Shown: positions 27,082 to 39,300 of the stretch, one piece after another
Layout of the letters: each line of letters begins with the position of its first letter
How positions within the stretch are numbered: position 1 is the first letter of the stretch
Assembly: GCA_964016885.1 (NCBI GenBank)
Contig: OZ024740.1
Coordinates: 92,256,001-92,320,000 of the forward strand
Length of the DNA stretch: 64,000 nucleotides
Direction of reading: 5' to 3'
Source: Eledone cirrhosa
Taxonomy: Eukaryota
Notes under the pieces: model-generated
What the model saw: only the letters and a program-made list of their open reading frames with translations
The model's database searches: none
What the model was told of the DNA's origin: nothing
Made by a program: the position numbers and the translations under genes

Positions 27082-30000
27082 GATCTAAATTGATCAAAGA
27101 CCCACCCGTGCCTTGTTCCCTAGCTACCCTCTCTATGATGTATCGCATGAGGTGGAGGTTGTCGTGGATGGATCTGTAGGGAATGGCGAATGTCTGTGCC
27201 TCTCCCACCAGACCACCAACGACAAGCGCCAACCTGTTTGCTAGCACCTTGGCCAAAATCTTGAACTCTGTGTTTAGCAGAGTTATGAGCCTAAAATTAT
27301 CTATGTTATCCCCCTTGTTCGGATCCTTTCTCAGCAGCGCCACCGCTCCTTGGCTCACAGAGCTGGGAATTCTCCCGTTCTGTTGCCAGTTGCAGTAGAC
27401 GTCCGCCAAGAGGCCTCCGAACAAGTTTGGCATTTGTACGTAAAGTTCATAGGGCAGACCATCCAAACCAGGCGATTTACCCCTTGTGCAACTAGTCATT
27501 GCATCCCGTACTTCAGCGGTTGTTATCGGCTTTTCGCAACACTCCGCCTCAGTGGCCGAAAGCCGCGGCAGTCCGTCGAGGTAGACACTAGAGTCCATCC
27601 CTCGATCCGGCCCGCCACTGCCCCCGAACAGTTGAGCAAAGTGTCGCTGAAAAGCTTCACACATTTTCCCGGGATCGAGTAGCATGCGCCCGTCGTGGTC
27701 CACCAAAGACCGGATCGTGGATTTGTTGCCACGACGCGCCTCCGCCACTCGGGCCCATTGAACGGCCTTCGTGCCCTCGTGTCTGAGAGCACGCACCCTA
27801 GCTCTGACAACGCAGACTTCGTGCTTTGCATTGAAGAATTGGTCAAGGGTCAATTTCGCCGCAAGTACGTCGGTCGCGATGCCTTTGCTAAGCGCCTCAT
27901 CTAATTTTCTAACTAATTCTCCCTCTGCTCTATTTTTCTCTATTGCTAAAGTCTTACTAAACCTAATGGACTCTATTCTAATTGCTCTTTTCAAGCAAAC
28001 CACCACCTGTTGTTGACGATGGCCCCCGTCAACGCCCGCCTAACTAGTTCGCTAATCCGGTCTCTGTAGGCCTTGCGCGCTGGTAAGGACGCGTTTAGCT
28101 TCCAGTAGCCGGGTCCTTGTCTATGAAGCCTATCTAAGTCAAGCACACAGATCACGAATTTGTGGTCCGTGTAGCTGACTATCTTGAATTGTGGACAGCC
28201 TATGCTAGACCTATCTATTTCCCTACAAAATACTCTATCTAGATATGATCTGGATGACCCTATGCGATTTGTCCAAGTCCACATTGGTACATTCGGGAAA
28301 TTCATTCGGTACCTGTCAGACAGTTCAAAACGTCTGAGCAGGTTGGTGAGACTCTTGCACCCTCCTTCCCTATCCACTAATCCCACACAATCCCAGCGTG
28401 CATCTAAGATCCCGTTCCAGTCGCCCACTAACACTAAAGAGCGGGACGTTCCAAGAAAGGTCTCCAGACGCCGGAAGAAATCAGGCCGCCCTGCTCCTGT
28501 CGGGGCATAGACGGCCACTAACCTGAAAGCTTGCCCGTCTCCGCTGGTCACGTCCAGCACCACCAACTTACCTTCTGGGTCCAGGAAGATGGCCCGTATG
28601 GCAAGATCCAAACCTCTCCGAAAAAGCACAGCAACTCCTCCCCCCGATCCCGGACGGCTGGGAGATGCGTACACATCGTAGCCGCCGAAGATCGGTACGA
28701 AAGCCTGTGCTTCGGAGATTCTGGTCTCGCTGATGGCCACTACATCTATGTTTAGTGACCTGAGGTCGTTGAGCAGGTGGCCCTGCTTCCATGACGACCC
28801 CAAGCCACGCGCATTTATGCTGCCTATTCTGAGTGAGGTCATGTTCAAAAGGAGTGGAAAAGATGGGAAAGACCACTTACCTTACTTCTCGTAGAGGAAG
28901 GACGGTTTTTCCATCCTTTTCACTGCTTGTGGCCTCCTCGGGAAGGATGTCCTTATAAATCCACCTGGAGAGTGCTTGTCGGAAGTCTCCGATGTCTTTG
29001 GGGAATTTTTGTTTTAGTGTCATGTACGTTTTCTGTGTGATGCGAGTGATTTGTATGTGTGGAGGTGGTGTGAATTTTGGGGTTGTTGTGTAGTCTTTTT
29101 TCTGTGATGCTGGTGTTGTGTTGGATGTAGTGTAATAATTGCTTGTTATTCAAATTTAATGCTGTGTAGTGTGTATCGTTTTGGTTGTTTTTTTTTTTGC
29201 GTTTGTTGTGGGTTTGTTTCTGTTTCGCATTTTGGTGACTTTTGTGGTGTAGGTGATGGTGGTGTTGGGGTTAATGATGGTGATGGTGTTGGTGTTTGGG
29301 TTGAAGGGGTTGGTGATTCTGGTGTGGATGGTGGAATATCTGTCCTAACTTTTTTGTTTCTTAATTTATTTGTTTCCCTCTGTATTTTGTTTTTGGAGGG
29401 GGAAGGAAGAGAATTTTTTCTTTTTTGGTTTCTTTTTTTTCCGGATATCGTTTCCCACTCCTCGTCGTCAAAATCTGTCTCCAGTTGTGATAGGCCTGGG
29501 AGTGGAAAATCCTCCACAGCCGTTAGTTTTGGTTGTGGCGTGGTGTATGGTGTAGGCGCTGGTGCTAGTTCTGAAGCGTTGGGTGGTGGTGGTGTTGGTT
29601 TTGCTGGTGGTGGTGGTGGTGTTGGTTTTGCTACTGTTGCTGGGGTTGTTGCTGTTATAGTTGCTTCTGTTGTTGCTGCTATAGTTGTTGCTGCCATCTC
29701 TGCTACTGGTGGTGTTGATGGTTGTGTCACTGGGGTGGGTAGGAGAGGTGGCCTCAACCTTTTAGCCTGAGGGCAGAAAGCCCTTAGGTGGGTTCCTTCA
29801 CCACAAACGACACACCTAGGTCTTCTGCCCTCGACAATTACCGTGAGGTGGCTGCCGTCAGTGAGGTCTATTACCTCTGGGATCTCCTCAATGCTTTTTT
29901 GGTCCGCTCGGATCAGGACCTCTATCCCAGATCCGGACCAGTTCTCCTGCTTTTCTTTTGCTATTGCTATTATCTTTGTATTGGCTTCGATGCCGGCGAG

Positions 30001-31036
30001 GACGGCCGCTATTATCCAGGGAATTTCGATGGCCGGTGGAACGTGGGTCACCCTGATCTTTACGAGTCTCTGGCCACAATAGCTTGGGACGAGTGTGAAG
30101 TCGTCACTTTTTAATGGGGCCATGGAGTGTTCTCTAGCCTCCTCTGGTGTTTCAAAGAACACGTCCACGGTTCCATACTTGTGCCCACGTCTGATGTGCG
30201 TTTTTCTTGCCCACACATGTCCCAAAGCTTTTTGGATTTGGGACTCGGATGCCCGTTCCACTCGGTGCAATTTTACATTTATTGTTCTATACGACACGGT
30301 GCATAGGCGCCGATGCCCCATTTTATTAGGTGGGGGTGAGGATGACCCTGTACCCATCTTTCTTTACCATTTGTTTGGCATTTTCTAAATCTTCCTGAGT
30401 TACCGTAAATGCTTCGAATTGTTTTGCTACTCTGGCGAAACTGAGGGGGGGGGGTTTATAATGTCATTGTTGTTGTTGTTGCTATCGTTAATATTAATTT
30501 TAGTTTCAGTTGCGGTGGTGGTGACGTCAGTCGTCTTTGGTGGCGAAGAGTCCATTTTGCTTGATTTCATTTCGACATCACGAGTTAATTTATTGTTTTC
30601 TTCTTTTGTTTCTGTTGTCGCGGTGGTGGTGGTGGTGGAGCCTTTAACACCTGCAGTCATTGGTAATGGCGGGAAATGAATGTCTGCCTGAGACAAATTT
30701 AAAATATTGCTACTGCTTATATTTTTTTTTGTGTTGGCAAACGTAGTAACATTTACAATGGTGGTGTCGGTGTGAGGTGTTATTTTGTGAGGAAGGCTTT
30801 CAGCTGCTTCGTGCAGAGGTGAAGTAGCCATTTTTTTTCAAAGAAATTTTTTGATAATAATAAAAGTTAAAATTTTGGGCACAAGGCCCCAATCTTTTTG
30901 GGTGTCCTTTTCGGAAAACAATGTATGTGTGCTTATAAACAGTTAATAAAATATTCCATAAATGGCAATTTTTAACAAACGGAAATAACAAACCTTTGCG
31001 GAGCTCACGATGATACGATTTACTACGTAGGTCGCC
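27082..31036 (-). mobile_element. Tx1/L1-type LINE copy T1: intact 5' end, 3' half lost within RT
   Basis: 5' end GGCGACCTACGTAG abuts (TTA)n. ORF1 has a CX2CX4HX4C knuckle (CVVCGEGTHLRAFC). ORF2 has APE motifs (SINARG, VYAPT, GDWN, YLDR, TDH, YWKLN) and RT up to SLINLD, then joins RTE sequence. Confidence 0.92.
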
Positions 31037-31074
<38 letters not shown>

Positions 31075-31092
31075 ACTATTCATAATTATTAA
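31037..31092 (+). repeat. (AAT)n + ACACTATTCATAATTATTAA: left copy of a putative target-site duplication
   Basis: 31073-31092 matches 54326-54345 at 19/20 positions; both are preceded by (AAT)n. Confidence 0.65.
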
Positions 31093-34000
31093 AGTTTTCT
31101 TTATTAACCACAAGGGTTTACATAAAGTAGACATTAAGGACAGTACATGACAATATAGGACGGTACAAATGGGCATTTCTGCGTGTAAAAAAAACAGAGG
31201 ATGTAATAAAATAACAAAGAAAAATTTCCCAATAGGGGGGGAGACTTCCGAGGGACATTTGTGGAGAAAGCCATTAAAAGACCACAGTGACCTTGATCAC
31301 CAGGGCAAGTGCCCTCTCCCAGTTTTCCACGTTTAATTTACAGACACATACTCAGAGTAGGCCCATTCACTCGGGCCATACTTGCTTCTCTCACCCATCT
31401 TTCAACAAAATGTTGGGAAGAGAGCACTTCCCTCTCTACCCTGATTTTCGTTTTCAAATGAAATTTGAAAAAGTTAATCAGGGCATCACCGAAGACGTAA
31501 GTGCTCGACTTCAGCCCTTTCAAACGTGTCCACCATACTTTCACTTTCGGCATGGCCACCAGACAGATAAAAACTGCCTGCCGTTCCCGGCTAAAGGAAG
31601 AGGGCGGAGCAATCCTCACGATGGACTCAGCTGATAGCTGGATCCGTCCTACACGTGACGATTTCGTCGCCCTGCGCGCATCTCGGACATGCCCGGCTGA
31701 CGGCACCTGCATGCCTGTAGAGTTTATCCCGAACTGGCAAAGCTCCCCGGTAGCACTGCCAGGACAGGGATTTCTGGAATTTGTCCATAGGCCCGGCCCG
31801 AAAGTCCGTCCGAAGAGATTGGCTAATTGATTTTCGTCGACGCCTAGAGTTTCTCCAAGTACGTCGTCGCTCTTCCCCTCCACTAATCCTCTATAGAACG
31901 CCAAGGTGGATTTTCCACCGATCACATTGCCCGACAGGTCGAGGACTGTGAGTGCCTGAAGAGATTCCAGTCTCCAAGCGCTCTCTCTCGGTCGTCGCTT
32001 GACCCAGGACTGCAGCTCCGTCAAGGAGACGAGCTGTGGAAAGACGTGTCTAGCAAACGGCGACCACACCTGATCACCCTCTAGGAAGAGGTGGAGATGT
32101 CGTAGCCTGAGCGCGTGTCTGCGCACCATCAGCCACGTCATGCCCAGCCCTCCACGTAGCGGGTGTTGACAGCAGATGGACCTCCTGACCATCGGAGCGC
32201 GTCCCTTCCACAAAAAGCGAAAGACCAAACGTCCAGCCCAATCAGGCGGGGCTTAGGACAAGGTACGACGGTCAGGCGGTAGTTTGATGACGGACGCGAT
32301 GTACGCGTTAGCCACCTCCGCTCGACCTTTCAGGGATAGCTTCCTCTCCGCCCATTTCTGGGTGAGAGAAGCCACCCTGCTCGTCTCCTCGTCCCAGTTT
32401 TTGTCCGTCTGGAGGTCCGGACCGAACCAGACCCCAACCAATTTAACCGGTCCGTCCGTCCAGCGCCCGACGACGCTGTTGGACGCATGGACCCTCCTCT
32501 CCAGGTGTCGAGCTGCAGGACACAGACTTTTCTGGTTGATCATTGCTCCTGTCACCGCTTCGTATTCTTTTAGTGTAGTGCCGATCGACTCCATGTGTTT
32601 GGCGTTCGACACCACTACGGTGACATCGTCCGAATATGCTGACACCGATCTTCCGCATCCTAGTTCGCGCGGGACCCCCCTCAATGTCTCCAGTTTGTGC
32701 AGAAATGGCTCGAGAGTCAATACATACAAGAGGGACGAGAGGGGACATCCTTCGCGGACCGAGCGCATGATGTTGAACGGTTCCTAAAGGTGACCGTTCA
32801 CTCTCACCACAGAGCAGATGTCGCTGTACATGGCAGCGATCCAGCCTCTGAAGACAGGCCCAAAGCCAGCCGCCCTCAGAACTGCCGCTAGGTAACGATG
32901 GTCGACATATCGAAAGCTTTCGACTGATCTAAATTTATCAAGGACCCACCCGGGCCAGGTTCCCTAGCTACCCTCTCTACGACGTATCGCATGAGGTGGA
33001 GGTTTTCGTGGATGGATCTCTCGGGAATGGCGAATGTCTGCGCCTCTCCCACCAGACCACCAACGACAAGCGCCAACCTCTTTGCTAGCACATTGGCCAA
33101 AATCTTGAACTTTGTTATTTCGCAGAGTTAGGAGCCTAAAATTATCTATGTTATCCCCCTTGTTCGGATCCTTTCTCAGCAGCGCCACAGCTCCTCGGCT
33201 CACAGAGCTAGGAATTCTTCCGTTCTGTTGCCAGTTGCAGTAGACGTCCGACAAGAGGCCTCCGAACAAGTCTGGCATTTGTACGTAAATTTCATAGGGC
33301 AGACCATCCAAACCAGGCGATTTACCCCTTGTACAGCCAGTCATTGCCTCCCGTACTTCAGCGGCTGTTATCGGCTTTTCGCAACACTCCACCTCAGTCT
33401 CCGAGAGCCGGGCAGACCGTCGAGGTAGACACTAAAGTCCATCCCTCGATCCGGCCCGCCGCTGTCCCCGAACAGTTGAGCGAAGTGTCGCTGAAAAGCT
33501 TCACACATTTGCCCGGGATCGAGTAGCATGCGCCCGTCGTGGTCCACCAAAACCAGATCGTGGCTTTGTTGCCACGACGCGCCTCCGCCCATTGAACGGC
33601 TTTCGTCCGCTCGTGTGTGAGAGCACGCACCCTAGCTCTGAAAACGCAGCTTTCGTGCCTTGCATTGAAGAATTGGTCAACGGCCAATTTCGCCGCAAGT
33701 ACGCGTCTAATTTTCTAACTAATTCTCCCTCTGCTCTATTTTTCTCTATTGCTAAAGCCTTACTAAACCTAATGGACTATATTCTAATTGCTCTTTTCAG
33801 AGCAAACCACCACTTGTTGTTGACGATGGCCCCCGTCATCCCGTTTAAATAGTTCGATAATCCGGTCTCTGTAAGCCTTGCGCGCTGGTAAGGACGCGTT
33901 TAGCTTCCAGTAACCGGATTCTCGTCTATGAAGCCTATCTAATTCAAGCACACAGATCACGAATGTGTGGTCTGTGTAGCTGACTATCTTGAATTGTGGA

Positions 34001-36845
34001 CAGCCTATGCTAGACCTATCTATTTCCCTACAAAATACTCTATCTAGATATGATCTGGATGACCCTATGCGATTTGTCCAAGTCCACATTGGTACATTCG
34101 GGAAATCAAATCGGTACCTGTCAGACAGTTCAAAACGCCTGAGCAGGTTGGTGAGAATCGTGCACCCTCTTCCCCTATCCACTAATCCCACACAGTCCCA
34201 GCGTGCATCTAAGATCCCTTTCCAGTCGCCCACTAACACTAAAGAGCGGGACGTTCCAAGAAAGGTCTCCGGAAGAAATCAGGCCGCCCTGCTCCTGTCG
34301 AGGCATAGACGGCAACTAACCTGAAAGCTTGCCCGTTTCCGCTGGTCACGTCCAGCACCACCAACCTACCTTTTGGGTCCAAAAGATGGCCCGTATGGCA
34401 AGATCCAAACCTCTCCGAAAAAGCACAGCAACTCCAACCCCGATCCTGGACGGCTGGGAGATGCGTAGACATCTTAGCCGCCGAAGATCGGTGCGAAGGC
34501 CCATTCTTCGGAGATTCTGGTCTCGCTGGTGGCCACTACATCTATGTTTAGTGACCTGAGGTCGTTGAGCAGGTGGCCCTGCTTCCATGACGACCCCAAG
34601 CCACGCGCATTTATGCTGCCTATATCTGAGTGAGGTCATGTTGAAATGGAGTGGAAAAGATGGGAAAGAGCACTTACCTTACGTCTCGTAGAGGAAGGAC
34701 GGTTTTCTATCCTTTTCACTGCTTGTGGCCTCCTCAGGAAGGATATCCTTATAAATCCACCTGGAGAGTGCTTGTCGGGAGTTTCCGATGTCTTTGGGGA
34801 ATTTTTGTTTTAGTGTCATTTACGATTTCTGTGTGATGCGAGTGATTTGTTTGTGTGGAGGTGGTGTGAATTTCTGGGTTGTTGTGTAGTCTTTTTCTGT
34901 GATGCTGGTGTTGTGTTGGATGTAGTGTAATAATTGGTTGTTGTTCGAATTTAAAGCTGTGTAGTGTGTATCGTTTGATTGTTTGTTTTGTTTGCGTTTG
35001 TTGTGGGTTTGTTTCTGTTTCGCATTTTGGTGACTTTTGTGGTGCAGGTGATGGTGGTGTTGGGGTTAATGATGGTGATGGTGTTGGTGTTTGGGGTGAT
35101 GGGGTTGGTGATGCTGGTGTGGATGGTGGCATTTCTGTCCTAACTTTTTTGTTCGTTAATTTATTTGTTTCCCTCTGTATTTTGTTTTTGGTGATGGAAG
35201 GAAGATAATTTTTTTTCTTTTTTGGTTTCTTTTTTTCTTTTTTCCTGATACCGTTTCTCACTCCTCGTCGTCACAATCTATCTCCAGTTGTGATAGGCAG
35301 GGGAGTGGAAAATCCTCCACAGGCATTAGTTTTGATTGAGGCGTGGTGGATGGTGTAGGCGCTGGTGCTAGTTCTGAAGCGTTGAGTGGTGGTGGTGTTG
35401 GTTTTGCTGGTGGTGGTTGTGTTGGTTTTGCTACTGTTGTTGGGGTTGTTGATGTTATAGTTGCATCTGTTTTTGCTGCTACAGTTGTTGCTGCCATCTC
35501 TGCTACTGCTGGTGTTGATGGTTGAGTCACTGGTGGTGGGTAGGAGAGGTGGCCTCAACATTTTAGCCTGGGGGCAGGAAGCCCTTAGGTGGGTTCCTTC
35601 ACCATAAACGACACACCTAGGCCTTCTGCGCTCGACAATTACGGTGAGGTGGCTGCGTCAGTGAGGTCTATTACCTCTGGGTTCTCCTCAATGCTTTTTT
35701 GGTCCGCTTGGATCAGCAGCTCCATCCCAGATCCGGTCCAGTTTTCTTGCTTTTCTTTTGCTATTGCTATTATCTTTGTGTTGACTTCGATGCCGGAGAG
35801 AACGGCCGCTATTAGCCAGGGAATTTCGTTGGCCGGTGGAACGTGGGTCACCCTGATCTTTACGAGTCTCTGGCCACAATAGCTTGGGACGAGTTTGAAG
35901 TCGTCACTTCTTAATGGGGCCATGGAATGTTCTCTAGCCTCCTCTGGTGTTTCAAAGAACACGTCCACGGTTCCATACTTGTGCCCACGTCTGATGTGGG
36001 TTTTTCTTGCCCACACATATCTCAAAGCTTTTTGGATTTGGGACTCGGATGCCCGTTCCACTCGGCGCAATTTTACATTAATTGTTCGATACGACACGGT
36101 GCATAGGCGCCGATGGTCCATTTTATTAGGTGGGGGGGTTGACCCTGTACCCATCTTTCTTTGCATTTTCTAATTCCTCCTGAGTTACCGTAAATGCTTC
36201 GCACTGTTTTGCTACTCTGGCAATACTCAGGGTGGTTTTTTTAATGCCATTGTTGCTGTTGTTGTTATCGTTATTTTTGTTATTATTAATTTTAGTTTCA
36301 GTTGTGGTGGTGGTGACGTCAGTGGTGTTCGGTGTGGAAGAGTCCATTTTGGTTGAAAACAGTTCGACATCACGAGTTGATTTAGTTTTTCCTTTTGTTT
36401 CTGTTGTCGTGGGGGGGGGTGCGGTGGTGGTGGTGGTGGCGGCTTTAACACCTGCAGTCATTGGTAATGGCGGGAAATGAATGTCTGCCTGAGACAAATT
36501 TATTTATTTAAAATATTGCTATTGCTTAAATGTTTTGTGTTGGCAAACGTAGTAATATTTACAATGTTGGTGTCGGTGTGAGGTGTTAGATTGTGAGGAA
36601 GGCTCTCAGTTGCTTGGTGCAGAGGTGAATTAGCCATTTTTTTTTCAAAGAAATTTGTTGATAATCATAAAAGTTTAAATTTTGGGCACAAGGCCCCAAT
36701 TTTTTGGGTGTCCTTTTCGGAAAACAATGTATGTGCGCTTATAAATAGTTAACAATAACATTTTCCATAAATGGCAATTTTTAACAAACGGAAATAACAA
36801 ACCTTTGTGGAGCTCACGATGATACGATTTACTACGTAGGTCGCC
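31093..36845 (-). mobile_element. Tx1/L1-type LINE copy T2: both ends present, heavily frameshifted
   Basis: Same 5' end at a (TTA)n junction. ORF1 ~36636-34675 and ORF2 34639-31338 with REGCPLS, AYSDDV, LSLKGRAEV, FLWKG..GGLG. AATAAA near the 3' end; small deletion at ~31660 in the Zn-knuckle region. Confidence 0.92.
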
Positions 36846-36875
<30 letters not shown>

Positions 36876-36876
<1 letters not shown>

Positions 36877-38092
36877 GGAGCGTATTGAAGTCACATCTGA
36901 ACAGCAGAAATGCCATAAGCGCAGTAAATTCCAGAGCTGTGTCTATTATTAGGTACAGTGCGGGAATTCTGAGATGGAATGTTGCTGAACAAAAAGAAAT
37001 GGATAGGAAGACTAGGAAGCTATTGACTATCGACAACATGTTCCACAAGAGGAGTGATGTCGATAGACTCTACCTAAGGAGATCTGAGGGTGGAAGAGGT
37101 CTTATCAGCATAGAGGACTGTGTTCAGATGGAGAAAAACAACCTATACAAATACGTGACCTATAGTAAGGAGCCAATGCTCAGAAGTGTACTGAAGGAGG
37201 GGACAATATACCAGGGGATGTCCAAGGAGGAAATAACATCAAGGAGAAAGAGCAGCCTTCAGGGAAAATCCCTTCATAGTACCTTCTTTGAGAAAACTGA
37301 ATTTAGAGATCCACAGACATGGAACTGATTGAGAAGAGGAGACCTCAAAAAGGCTACAGAAGGAATGCTAATGGCTGCGCAGGAGCAGGCCCTCCATACG
37401 AAGTGGTTGAAGCACCATATTTACAAGGAGGAGGCTAGCCCACTGTGCAGGATCTGTTGAGAGAGAGAGGAGACTGTGGCTCACATTGTGTCCGAGTGTA
37501 AACACCTAGCCCAGACCCACTATTAGGGCTGGAGACACGATGTGATGGGCAGGGTGATCCACTGGCACCTGTGCAAAGTAAACAATTTACCACACTCTGA
37601 GAAATGGTATGAGCATAGGCCAGAGGCGGTGATGGAGAACAATCAGGTGAAGGTGCTGTGGGATTTTAGGATACAGACGGACAAAAAACTGAAACACAAT
37701 AGACCTGACCTGGTGGTTGTGGACAAAGAAAAAAGATCGTGTCTGATTGTGGATGTGGCCTGCCCTTTCGACACGAGTGTGCAAGAGAAGGAGAGGGAGA
37801 AAATTAACCGATATCAGGACCTAAAGTGGGAGGTGTAAAGGATTTGGAACTGCCATGAAGTCAAAGTGATCCCGATTGTCATAGGCGCACTGGGGACTAT
37901 CTCCAAAAGTTTCCAGGGATGGTTAAAGAAAATCGGCCCGGTCACGCTTTCTGGAACGCTTCAAAAGGCATGCTTGCTTGGAACAGCAAGAACCCTCCGA
38001 TACGTCCTGAATATCTGAGGCTGCAGGTAGTGGCTTGATATTCATTCCAACGGACTTTCCAGTTAACCAACATCAATGACTGAGATTCAAGG
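36876..38092 (+). mobile_element. R4/Dong-clade LINE family A, copy A1 (5'-truncated, in-frame stops), (TAA)n tail 38093-38177
   Basis: RLYLRRSEGGRGL, RLE motif RPDLVVVD..IVDVACP..EKINRYQDL, shared 3'UTR ending GATTCAAGG. Confidence 0.92.
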
Positions 38093-38132
38093 AATAACAA
38101 CAATAATAATAGTAATAATAATAATAATAATG

Positions 38133-38177
<45 letters not shown>

Positions 38178-39300
38178 GGGAAGAAGACGCACGAGGTGGT
38201 AGAAGGTCATGAAATCGCTCCCGTAAGTTTTGAATTTTTAACATATTTAAATCATTTGTGAAATAGCAACTCTTAGTACAAATGCTACGTAAAGCATCCG
38301 GCTTGAGCCCCCAAAAAATTCGTACCCAAAATATATTGTTATAAGGCTCAAATATTCAAATATTCAACTTTGTATTGTACGTTGTATATTCAAAAAAGAA
38401 AATGGCTATAAATGAAGAAGAAGAACCCCCCTCCTCTGTCTACACTATATAGAACAGCCAAACAACACCAATCCCACCAACACCAGAAACTAGATACACC
38501 GCCTACCCCATAACCTCTCTGTGTACACTAAACACAACAGCCAGATAACGTCAATTTCACCACCACCACAACCAATCTCAACATAATAATGATAATAATA
38601 AATACTATTATTATTGTCCCAAGTTTTAACAAAATGTTTAACCCCATAGATTCACCGAACGGACATCAGTAACGACAACGCCGCCCATCCATCATTACTA
38701 CCACTATCCCATCACCGCCGCCACCACTCCTTCATTTCTACCACCGCTACAACACCACCATCACTACAGTAATACGACCACATCACCACCACCACTGCCA
38801 TCATTACTACCCCTATCCCATCACCACCGCCACCACTCCTTCATTGCTACCACCGCTACAACACCATCACTACAGTAATACGATCACATCACCACCACCA
38901 CTGCCTCAGTATCGACAACACCACCACCACTGTCTCAGTATCGCTACCGCCGCTATTCTCTCCCATTGCTTCCTGCAAGTTGCTGCAACCACATTATAGA
39001 ATTCCTACTAAAAAAGAGGAAGGCATCAAAATATATTGATAGACTCAAAAGAAAAAAGAAAAAAACAAACATCAAAACCAAAGCAGCACAGCAACAACAG
39101 CAAAAAAAGAGAAAAACAAACAGAGAAAAACAAAAACAAAAAAAAAACGTAAAGAAAATAAGAATGAAGAGAGAAGCAGGCGGACTGACAGAGAAGAGAA
39201 GGGAAAAACTAAGTCAGACATTCGAACACTACATTACAATGAAACTTATGCTTATTCATTTTTGGGTTTTTTTCTGCCTGTGTGTTTGTTTCTTTATTTG
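38178..39300 (+). other. Unclassified segment upstream of the A2 ORF (long 5'UTR or remnant of another element)
   Basis: Starts directly after (TAA)n. ACC/CAC-rich with a ~110-bp tandem duplication at ~38688-38903, followed by an A-rich tract. Confidence 0.35.

Noticed and set aside
26915-28006. 363-aa ORF with RT N-terminus followed by an endonuclease start, as a novel permuted domain order
   Set aside because: A Tx1/RTE breakpoint at 27081/27082 that happens to be in frame; both domains are incomplete.
29159-29770. Gly/Val-rich plus-strand ORFs (also 51584-53127 and antisense ORFs over the R4 copies)
   Set aside because: Antisense shadows of Thr/Pro-rich ORF1 and of RT frames.
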